Positions 41,629 to 49,036 of a stretch of 64,000 nt of DNA are shown one piece after another (positions within the stretch are counted from its first letter, which is position 1; the number at the start of each line of letters is the position of its first letter). Below the pieces are notes generated by a model, which saw only the letters and a list, made by a program, of their open reading frames with translations, was not told where the DNA came from and did no database searches. The stretch is from an uncultured Gammaproteobacteria bacterium (GTDB taxonomy: Bacteria > Patescibacteriota > Microgenomatia > Daviesbacterales > UBA10151). Position numbers and translations under genes: made by a program. The stretch covers positions 71,184-135,183 of the forward strand of contig CAYMRP010000004.1 of the NCBI GenBank assembly GCA_964392925.1, read 5' to 3'.

Positions 41629-43632
41629 ATGGGTTTTGAATTAACACCACAAATTTTAAATTACTTTATTTGGTCCGGCTCAATCGCCGCCACAGCTTAT
41701 GGACTCATTCTTGCTTGGTTAATCTTAAAACTCCCCACAGGTAACGACAAAATGAGGGAAATCGCCTCAGCAATTCAGGAAGGTGCTACCGCATATTTAA
41801 CCCGACAATACATGGTTATCTCCCTGGTTGCGCTAGTAATAACTGTCCTGATCGGTCTCTTCATCTCCTTAAATAGTGCAATCGGCTTCGTTATCGGTGC
41901 TTTATTCTCAGCTGTTGCCGGTCTCGTCGGTATGGTTGTAGCCGTTAGAGCAAATATCCGATGCGCTGAAGCTGCAAAAAAAGGTTTAGCTCAGGCATTT
42001 GATGTCGCCTTTAAAGGCGGAGCAGTCACAGGTTTTATAGTTGTTGGCTTGGCTTTAGGCGTAACTTATGGCTTTTACCAATATTCTCTCGATATCCCAG
42101 CTTTAGTTTCTTTAGGTTTTGGAGCTTCTTTGATCTCAGTTTTTGCTAGACTCGGTGGGGGAATCTATACTAAAGGCGCAGACGTTGGTGGTGACATGGT
42201 TGGTAAAGTTGAGGCCGGAATTCCGGAAGATGATCCTCGAAATCCTGCTGTTATTGCTGATCTTGTAGGCGATAATGTTGGTGACGATGCTGGAATGGCT
42301 GCTGATATTTTCGAGACTTATGTTGTGACTGCAATTGCCGCAATTCTGCTCGGTGAATTCTTAATCCCTGGCTCTGAAACAGTTATTTATTATCCTCTGG
42401 CATTAATGTCAGGCGGTATTTTTGCTTCAATTATTGGTTCATTCTTTGCCCGTCTCACAGGTGGCCGGATTATGGGTACTTTATATCAGGGTCTTGGCGT
42501 AGCTGTTGTTTTATCTGCAGTTTCTTTTTACTTTATTACTGATGCTATGTGGGCAGGCAACGCAATCTTCTCCTCGACAAACTTATTCCTGGCCAGCCTT
42601 GTTGGTTTAGCAGTTTCAGCCGGCATGATGATAATTACGGAGTATTACACAGGGACAAAGTATAGTCCTGTTCGTTCAATAGCTCAGGCTTCAGCAACTG
42701 GCCATGGCACTAATGTTATTGCAGGCCTCGCAGTTTCTATGAAATCTACCTTTGCTCCAATCATCTTAATCTGCGCCGCTACTCTAATCTCTTTCTTCTT
42801 AGCTGATCTCTATGGAGTCGCTATCGCTGCAGTTGCCATGTTATCTCTGGCTGGAATAGTTGTGGCTATCGATGCCTTTGGTCCGATAACTGATAACGCC
42901 GGAGGAATCGCCGAAATGAGCGGTATGCCTGCTAAAATCCGTGCGAGTGTGACTGATCCTTTGGATGCCGTTGGCAACACCACCAAAGCAGTCACCAAAG
43001 GTTATGCTATTGCCTCAGCCGGCCTCGCAGCACTAGTTCTCTTTGCAGCCTACACACAAGAACTAGGTTCAGGAGTTATATTTGCCCTTAATGATCCTAA
43101 AGTCTTAGTTGGATTATTTATTGGTGGCGCATTGCCTTATGTATTTGCCTCCTTTGCTATGGAAGCAGTGGGTAAAGCTGGACAAGCTGTTGTTGAAGAA
43201 GTCCGCCGTCAATTCAAACTTTACAAAGGCATTATGAAAGGCACTCAAAAACCAGATTACGCTGCCTGTGTTTCAATAGTTACTGCAGCTGCTCAAAAAG
43301 AAATGATTATCCCAACTCTAATCCCTGTCTTAGCTCCAATCATAGTTGGTCTTTTCTTAGGTCCTATCGCCTTAGGCGGAATGCTCGTCGGTATAATTAT
43401 CACTGGTTTATTCGTTGGTTTATCTATGACAACTGGCGGAGCCGCTTGGGATAACGCTAAAAAATATATTGAGCAAGGTAACTTAGGCGGCAAAGGCTCC
43501 TTCGCTCATCAATCAGCAGTCACTGGCGACACAGTCGGCGATCCTTATAAGGATACTGCCGGACCAGCCATCAACCCAATGATTAAAGTTGCAAACATTG
43601 TTGCCCTACTTCTAGTCGCTCTTCTCAAATAA
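41629..43632 (+). CDS. hppA: Membrane-integral H+-translocating pyrophosphatase, K+-independent-type signature
   Basis: Contains [29 protein letters not shown] and [13 protein letters not shown]. The Lys and Thr in GNTT[K]Axx[T]K are the published K+-independence determinants. Confidence 0.88.
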   Translation: MGFELTPQILNYFIWSGSIAATAYGLILAWLILKLPTGNDKMREIASAIQEGATAYLTRQYMVISLVALVITVLIGLFISLNSAIGFVIGALFSAVAGLVGMVVAVRANIRCAEAAKKGLAQAFDVAFKGGAVTGFIVVGLALGVTYGFYQYSLDIPALVSLGFGASLISVFARLGGGIYTKGADVGGDMVGKVEAGIPEDDPRNPAVIADLVGDNVGDDAGMAADIFETYVVTAIAAILLGEFLIPGSETVIYYPLALMSGGIFASIIGSFFARLTGGRIMGTLYQGLGVAVVLSAVSFYFITDAMWAGNAIFSSTNLFLASLVGLAVSAGMMIITEYYTGTKYSPVRSIAQASATGHGTNVIAGLAVSMKSTFAPIILICAATLISFFLADLYGVAIAAVAMLSLAGIVVAIDAFGPITDNAGGIAEMSGMPAKIRASVTDPLDAVGNTTKAVTKGYAIASAGLAALVLFAAYTQELGSGVIFALNDPKVLVGLFIGGALPYVFASFAMEAVGKAGQAVVEEVRRQFKLYKGIMKGTQKPDYAACVSIVTAAAQKEMIIPTLIPVLAPIIVGLFLGPIALGGMLVGIIITGLFVGLSMTTGGAAWDNAKKYIEQGNLGGKGSFAHQSAVTGDTVGDPYKDTAGPAINPMIKVANIVALLLVALLK

Positions 43633-43660
43633 TTATTATTCTCTCAGTTATAATTAGTGA

Positions 43661-44833
43661 ATGTTTCAGCAATCCCGAAGAAATGTTTTAAGAAATATTA
43701 AGCTCTTATATCTCTATGATTTTTTCTCAGACTTTAGATTTTATTATCCTATTGAAATATTATATTTTTCTGAAATAGCCGGTTCTTATGCTTTAGGAAT
43801 GATGGTCTGGGGTGTTATGAGTGTTTCTTCATCTTTATTCGAAGTTCCAACAGGGATTTTTTCTGATTATATTGGCAGGAGAAAAACAATTATTCTGGCA
43901 TCTATAGCCTGTGTTATGTCAGTCTTTTGTTATGCATTAGGTCTTTCATATTGGTTTTTAATTCTCGGGGCAGTACTCCAAGGCCTTTCGAGATCGTTCT
44001 TCAGTGGAAATAATGAAGCTTTACTTCACGATTCTCTAAAAGAAAAAGATATGCAAAATGAATATCACCACTTTCATGGAAAAACTAACAGTATGATGCA
44101 GACAGGAGCCGCAATATCAGCTTTGGCCGGAGGCTTTCTCGCATACTATTTTTCATACAGCTTTGTTTTTTGGCTAAGCCTTATTCCACTGCTTATAAAT
44201 CTAGGACTATCTTTTCTATTCATAGAGCCGAAAGTTAAATCGGAAAAAAGCGGAAATTTATATAACCACTTAGGTGAAGCAATTACCTTATTTATTAAAA
44301 ATCCTAAACTTAGATTATTAAGCTTTGCCAGTATTTGGGCTTATGGTTTAGGTGAAAGCGGTTGGCTTTTTAGATCGGCTTTTGTTGCAACAATTTGGCC
44401 AATTTGGGCTGTCGGAATACCTAAAGCTCTTGGGAATATTGGAGCAGCATTTGGATTTTTTATTGCAGGTAAAGTAATCACAAAATTTAAAGCAATTAAA
44501 GCTCTTTTGTTCGGTAGTATATTCGCCCATACAATAAATATTATTGCTTTTGCTTTTGTAACGATACTTTCTCCAATAATATCTATACTAGGTTCTCCAA
44601 TTTTTGGAATTTCAGAAACTGCAAAATCTACCCTTTTTCAAAAAGAATTTACTGATAAGCAAAGAGCAACAATGGGTTCTTTAAATGCATTGGCTGGATC
44701 TTTATTCTTTGCCCTCGCTTCTTACTCAGTGGGATATATCGCAGATTTACTTGATCCGGCCAAAGGACTCTTGATCTTACAAATACTAATGCTTGTGAAT
44801 ATTTATATTTATTGGCGACTTCTTAAAAGATAA
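43661..44833 (+). CDS. MFS transporter
   Basis: About 12 TM spans, with GRRK in the loop 2-3 position (DYIGRRKT). Confidence 0.7.
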   Translation: MFQQSRRNVLRNIKLLYLYDFFSDFRFYYPIEILYFSEIAGSYALGMMVWGVMSVSSSLFEVPTGIFSDYIGRRKTIILASIACVMSVFCYALGLSYWFLILGAVLQGLSRSFFSGNNEALLHDSLKEKDMQNEYHHFHGKTNSMMQTGAAISALAGGFLAYYFSYSFVFWLSLIPLLINLGLSFLFIEPKVKSEKSGNLYNHLGEAITLFIKNPKLRLLSFASIWAYGLGESGWLFRSAFVATIWPIWAVGIPKALGNIGAAFGFFIAGKVITKFKAIKALLFGSIFAHTINIIAFAFVTILSPIISILGSPIFGISETAKSTLFQKEFTDKQRATMGSLNALAGSLFFALASYSVGYIADLLDPAKGLLILQILMLVNIYIYWRLLKR

Positions 44834-44860
44834 TTTGACACCAAGGACTATAATTTAGGT

Positions 44861-45502
44861 ATGAATGAGAGATTCATAGCCGATAAGCTTGCTGAATATC
44901 CCAAAGGCTGGAGTGCAAAAGTAAGACCTATTATTCCTTATGCAAATATTTCTTTAAGTAAAACTGCCTTACACGAAGCAAAGCATTTGGTATTACTGCA
45001 CGCAAATGGAACGGGTGCCAAAAGCGGGACAATTGAACCCGGACCCGGATATTTAGGAATGGTTGAGCCTCATGGCTTTGACGCTGTTGCCGCTTTAGGT
45101 CCAGATGCAGACGGAGATACCGGGACTGATCATGATAAAAGAGTTGCTGCATGGGGCGGCGCAGATATTGATTCATCTAGAAAAGTTGCCAGAACTATGC
45201 TTAATCGTTTAAGAGAAGAGGTCAGATTAGTAGCAGGGCTTCTAGAAGTAGAAAGAACTGTCTCCGGGGGCAGGGTATCAGAAGTTATAAATAAATATCA
45301 GCAAGATCCTGACGAAGAAGTAGAGGTGGTCGATCCAATTGGTAACATAACAACAACTAAGACACCCCGAAGTAAAAGACACGAAATACTTTTCGGGGTA
45401 AATGAAAAGAATAAACACTTAGAAAATAAAGATATAAAAAAAGTCAGGAATTTCAGACCTTTGAATAATAAGTTAAAAATTTCTACTAAAATAGCAGCTT
45501 GA
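44861..45502 (+). CDS. Stand-alone zinc-metallopeptidase-like protein (HExxH; M41/FtsH-peptidase-domain-like layout)
   Basis: ALHEAKHLV (HExxH) is followed by GTIEPGPGYLG. This parallels HEAGHA...IIPRG.ALG of the FtsH protease domains. The tail is Lys-rich and of low complexity. Confidence 0.35.
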   Translation: MNERFIADKLAEYPKGWSAKVRPIIPYANISLSKTALHEAKHLVLLHANGTGAKSGTIEPGPGYLGMVEPHGFDAVAALGPDADGDTGTDHDKRVAAWGGADIDSSRKVARTMLNRLREEVRLVAGLLEVERTVSGGRVSEVINKYQQDPDEEVEVVDPIGNITTTKTPRSKRHEILFGVNEKNKHLENKDIKKVRNFRPLNNKLKISTKIAA

Positions 45503-45516
45503 CCTATAGTAGAGTA

Positions 45517-45544
45517 TTGCAAAAAATAAAATTTATGATAGTAT
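45517..45544 (+). promoter_or_regulatory. Promoter of the T-box leader (TTGCAA-16-TAGTAT with upstream TG)
   Basis: TTGCAA lies at 45517-45522, TG at 45536-45537 and TAGTAT at 45539-45544. Confidence 0.5.
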
Positions 45545-45551
45545 ATTCATA

Positions 45552-45796
45552 CAACTAAATATCAAAAGCGTTTGTACTTGTAGTCGCGCACAAGGAGCTG
45601 GTTCTCAAAATAGAACACGGAGACGAAACCGTAAAAGACAGTAACATGTGTCGGTAACGGAGCATGTCAGGAATAAGTAATTCTTTGACATCTCGCGAAA
45701 GCGGGATTTTTTTGAATTAGTACAAGGTGGCACCGCCAATTTAAAGGCCCTTGTGATTTTCTTAACTAAAGTTAGGGAATTCACAAGGGCTTTTTT
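45552..45796 (+). promoter_or_regulatory. T-box riboswitch leader (transcription attenuation type)
   Basis: The T-box sequence AAGGUGGCACCGCC lies at 45724-45737 and matches 12 of 14 positions of AGGGUGGNACCGCG. The canonical antiterminator has a 7-nt UGGCACC bulge. It competes with a 10-bp terminator stem plus U6. Upstream hairpins include a GNRA-capped stem at 45692-45705. Confidence 0.85.
45747..45796 (+). terminator. T-box terminator hairpin plus U6
   Basis: GCCCUUGUGA (45747-45756) pairs perfectly with UCACAAGGGC (45781-45790). An inner helix spans 45758-45779, and Ts run from 45791 to 45796. Confidence 0.85.
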
Positions 45797-45822
45797 AATG
45801 CCCTAAAAAAGGAAAAAAATAT

Positions 45823-46413
45823 ATGAGATCAATATATAAGGAAAAGCTAAGTAATCCAATATCGGAACACATTCCTGGGAAAATTATTATGGGCGGAGAA
45901 ATTGACATCCTCTCTTTAGGGGTGAGGCAGGGGTATGCAAGTTATATTAGTGAGGAGCTAGGTAAGCATCAAGATAAAACTAAACTAAGAAGTTCCATAG
46001 AATTAGAAAGGGATATGCGAGAAGCCAGAGCGATTCTTTGTCTTCACCCCGAGACTGAGCAATTATTAGCATTCGCCAAGCTCGAATATTTTGGAATAAA
46101 TGATGCAAAACAAATTATATATGAGTTTGGTTCTTGGATTGGTAAGAATGGCTATGGAAGAGATGTCTTAGAGGCTGGAAGAGATTTAGCCGCCCAGCAA
46201 TTTCCGTATGCCAGACTGATAGCAATTGTCAGACCCAGCAACCTAAAAGCGCAAAGAATAATTACTGAGAGTGGGGGAATAAAAGTGGGTTATCTTGATC
46301 CTCTCGTGAAACATATTTACGACATAACCAGAAGACAACAACCAACAAGTGTAATCAAGCTAGGTCAGGGTGGAATTTGGATTAATCAACAAAATCAAGG
46401 TCATATTCTATAA
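45823..46413 (+). CDS. GNAT-fold N-acetyltransferase-like protein
   Basis: GSWIGKNGYGRDVLEAG is in the position of the GNAT motif A (Q/R-x-x-G-x-G/A), and NLKAQRIITESGG resembles motif B. This is a weak family-level call. Confidence 0.45.
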   Translation: MRSIYKEKLSNPISEHIPGKIIMGGEIDILSLGVRQGYASYISEELGKHQDKTKLRSSIELERDMREARAILCLHPETEQLLAFAKLEYFGINDAKQIIYEFGSWIGKNGYGRDVLEAGRDLAAQQFPYARLIAIVRPSNLKAQRIITESGGIKVGYLDPLVKHIYDITRRQQPTSVIKLGQGGIWINQQNQGHIL

Positions 46414-46424
46414 GGAAAAAAGTT

Positions 46425-47150
46425 ATGAAAAAATCTACAGCAATAAAATACAAGACAATAGGTGTTTTAGGAGGCATGGGCCCCTCTGCCTCAGCATACT
46501 TTTATCAGCTTTTATTGAAAACTCTACAGCAAAAGCATAATGCTGTGCAGGATTATGACTATCCTCAAATAATCATTAATTCATTATCTCTATCGGATTC
46601 CAGCGAGAATGGAATGGAAAGTTCGACTAGAATTATTAATCAGTTAACCAAAGGGATTAATGCATTGGAAAAGGCGGGTGCTAATTTTATTACAATTCCT
46701 TGCAATTCAGTTCATAATTCAATTAAGGTACTGAGGAAGAAAACAAAGTTACCAATAATCAGTATTATTGAGAAAGTAAGCTTGGAGGTTATTAAGGATA
46801 AATCTAAGAAAATTCTTATTCTCTCCTCAAAAACAACTAATAATTACGGTCTTTATGATAGTTTGAAAAATGAGGGAATAATTATAATAAAACCTAACAG
46901 TATTCTTGAGGAGCAAGTCACTAGGTTAATACTTGCTGTAATGGGAAATAAGAATATTCAGAACGTAAAAAAACCTGTTATCAAAACAATTAACAGCATG
47001 TTTAACAGTGGTGATATTGATTCAGTACTTCTAGGTTGTACCGAGTTACCATTAGCAATAACTAAGGGCGATGTAGATTGTAAGATTTATGATTCATTAA
47101 GAATATTATCGGAGGCTTCTGTAAACTACTCACTAATCTCGGCGAAATAA
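46425..47150 (+). CDS. Aspartate/glutamate racemase-family enzyme (aspartate-racemase-like)
   Basis: Contains IGVLGGMGPSAS and LLGCTELP. The two catalytic Cys regions are PCNSVH and GCTE. Confidence 0.75.
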   Translation: MKKSTAIKYKTIGVLGGMGPSASAYFYQLLLKTLQQKHNAVQDYDYPQIIINSLSLSDSSENGMESSTRIINQLTKGINALEKAGANFITIPCNSVHNSIKVLRKKTKLPIISIIEKVSLEVIKDKSKKILILSSKTTNNYGLYDSLKNEGIIIIKPNSILEEQVTRLILAVMGNKNIQNVKKPVIKTINSMFNSGDIDSVLLGCTELPLAITKGDVDCKIYDSLRILSEASVNYSLISAK

Positions 47151-47256
47151 TTATTGTTTTAATTTTTACACAGTTTAAGCTATAATAGGCACTATAAACG
47201 AAGACTTCATTAAAAACACATTATCTTTAAGAGGCAAGGTTAAGGGTCAAAAATGG

Positions 47257-48102
47257 TTGGACAGTTTGCCAGAACTTGTTAAAAGTTATGAAACTAAATG
47301 GGGTATCAAAACTGGCAGCCCTATCGAAAATCTTTCAATAAATTATGTTCAAAATGCTCAGGCCAGAGAAGGACAAGCTGTTCTAAAAATTGGATTTCCA
47401 GAAGATCAAGTTTTTCTCTATGAAATAAAAGCACTTGAAGTTTTTAATGGTAACGGCGCAGTTAGAATTATCAGAGAAGATTTTGAAAATTCTGTTGTCC
47501 TTCTTGAATCATGCATCCCTGGTAAATCTTTAGATACTATTAATGATGAAGAAAAAGAAAATTTAATTTTTACAAATGTTAGTAAAAGAATTTGGAGAAG
47601 AGTTTTTGAAGATTCAGAATTTCCTAAACTCTCAGATGAAATAAAATACTTCGACTGGTACTTCAGCAATAAAAAAGCTGCAACACTTTTGCCGGTGGAA
47701 TTAGTTACAAAGGCAAAGGAAAAATTTGAGGCATTAATAAAAGCCCAGAAAGATTTATATCTTTTACATGGTGATTTACATCACGGTAATATTCTATCTT
47801 CTGAAAGAGGATGGCTCTCTATTGATCCTAAAGGCATAGTCGGTGAAAGGGAATACGAAATAGCTTCTTTTATTACCAACCCCCGATCCAGATTTGAAAA
47901 CAACAATGATCTAATTGATAAAGATTATTTTGCCAAAAAAATAGAATCAATAGCAACCATCCTCAGATTTGATAAGAAAAAAATCACTCAATGGGCTTTT
48001 GTTAAGCAGGTTCTATCATTAATTTGGACAATCCAAGATCATGGTAAAACCGATAAGCTAGGACTAAGAATTGCTACCGAACTGGAAAAGTTAATATCAT
48101 AA
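47257..48102 (+). CDS. Aminoglycoside phosphotransferase-fold kinase, APH(6)/streptomycin-kinase-like
   Basis: Contains LLHGDLHHGNIL and SIDPKG. The homology-like N-terminal block (GKVKGQKWLDSLPEL) continues in-frame upstream to 47179 without any ATG, GTG or TTG, so the 5' end is unresolved. Confidence 0.7.
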   Translation: MDSLPELVKSYETKWGIKTGSPIENLSINYVQNAQAREGQAVLKIGFPEDQVFLYEIKALEVFNGNGAVRIIREDFENSVVLLESCIPGKSLDTINDEEKENLIFTNVSKRIWRRVFEDSEFPKLSDEIKYFDWYFSNKKAATLLPVELVTKAKEKFEALIKAQKDLYLLHGDLHHGNILSSERGWLSIDPKGIVGEREYEIASFITNPRSRFENNNDLIDKDYFAKKIESIATILRFDKKKITQWAFVKQVLSLIWTIQDHGKTDKLGLRIATELEKLIS

Positions 48103-48159
48103 ACCTCCTATAAACTCGAAAAAAGAAATCTAAATGGTGAATTTGCTTAGTAAAGTAAA

Positions 48160-48561
48160 ATGTTAAATATAACTGAGCTTTTAACTAAAATAATAAATTG
48201 GGGAAATTCTGAAGAAAGTATTCAAGCCATTGGTTTAGTTGGATCTCACGCCAGAAAAGCAGCAACAGATGATTCAGATGTTGATCTAATGATCATTTGT
48301 AAAAATCCCGAAAATTATATTTCTGACGAAGATTGGATTCACAATTTCGGTCAAGTAAAAGAAATAAAAAATGAAATATGGAGTCAGTTAAAAACCAAAA
48401 GGGTTTTCTACACGAACGGCTTAGAAGTTGAATTTAATTTCGACAAAGCTTCTTGGGCAAATCATGAAGATTCAGGAACTAAAAGAGTTATTACAGATGG
48501 AATAAAGATTCTAGTAGATAAAGAAAAAATTCTGGAAAATTTACAAAAGTTTTTTAAGTAG
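48160..48561 (+). CDS. Short nucleotidyltransferase resembling the N-terminal domain of ANT(6) (AadK-type)
   Basis: Contains GLVGSHARKAATDDSDVDLMI (the G-S...D-x-D NTase core). YISDEDWIHNFG parallels FISNDDWLNQFG of AadK as recalled. It is 133 aa versus about 280 aa for full ANT(6). Confidence 0.55.
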   Translation: MLNITELLTKIINWGNSEESIQAIGLVGSHARKAATDDSDVDLMIICKNPENYISDEDWIHNFGQVKEIKNEIWSQLKTKRVFYTNGLEVEFNFDKASWANHEDSGTKRVITDGIKILVDKEKILENLQKFFK

Positions 48562-48630
48562 CGCGTACGGGAGTCGAACCCGTTCTGCTAGATTGAGAAT
48601 CTAACGTCCTAACCGGTAGACGAACGCGCC
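48559..48630 (-). tRNA. tRNA-Glu (anticodon CUC)
   Basis: The manual cloverleaf has acceptor GGCGCGU/ACGCGCU (G1-U72 wobble), D-arm GUCU/GGAC and anticodon stem UUAGA/UCUAG with loop UUCUCAA. It also has a 4-nt variable loop, T-arm ACGGG-UUCGACU-CCCGU and discriminator A. No CCA is encoded. Confidence 0.85.
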
Positions 48631-48724
48631 AAGAAGGTTAATTTTACCAGACTTCAGCCTTCCATGCCAATTGATATGCAAAGTCGATACTTGCCAGGAA
48701 TATTGAAAGTGCTAAACTGATGGA

Positions 48725-48994
48725 ATGTTAACGAAACAAGATATACGACAAATAGGGGAAGTAATAGAAGTTAAATTAATGCCAATCGATGAAAAAGTAA
48801 CTGGACTTGATGAAAAAGTAACTGGACTTGATGAAAAAGTAACGAAGCTCGAGAAATCTCAAAAAGCATTGAAGAAAACACTTAATAGAGTTGCAAGAGA
48901 GCAACAAGCGATTCTAGGCTTCCTGAACAAAGAAGATGTGGAGACTCGCAAGCGGGTTGATAGAATAGAAGATTATCTGGGACTTTCTTCTTAA
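48725..48994 (+). CDS. Small coiled-coil protein with heptad tandem repeat (DEKVTGL x2, DEKVTKL)
   Basis: An 89-aa ORF that contains the 21-bp tandem repeat. Confidence 0.45.
   Translation: MLTKQDIRQIGEVIEVKLMPIDEKVTGLDEKVTGLDEKVTKLEKSQKALKKTLNRVAREQQAILGFLNKEDVETRKRVDRIEDYLGLSS
48788..48850 (+). repeat. 21-bp in-frame tandem repeat x3 (GATGAAAAAGTAACTGGACTT)
   Basis: Units 48788-48808 and 48809-48829 are identical. The third unit diverges at its 3' end. Confidence 0.85.
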
Positions 48995-49036
48995 TAACTT
49001 CCAATATAGCCTCAAAAAATATATACTTAAGCCTCT

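Noticed and set aside
45692-45713. GNRA-capped 5-bp hairpin followed by U7, as an independent terminator or second riboswitch ahead of the T-box
   Set aside because: Its position immediately 5' of the T-box sequence fits Stem III of a T-box leader, and a 5-bp stem is weak for a terminator. I keep it as part of the leader, though premature termination there is not excluded.
48160-48561. Minimal nucleotidyltransferase as the antitoxin half of a HEPN-MNT toxin-antitoxin pair
   Set aside because: No HEPN-like (Rx4-6H) partner ORF is adjacent on either side. The sequence after the NTase core resembles ANT(6) rather than MNT antitoxins. This needs a profile search to settle.
48559-48724. tRNA-Glu as an integration site of a mobile element
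   Set aside because: No integrase or recombinase is present, I found no direct repeat of the tRNA 3' end nearby, and the flanks contain housekeeping aaRS genes.
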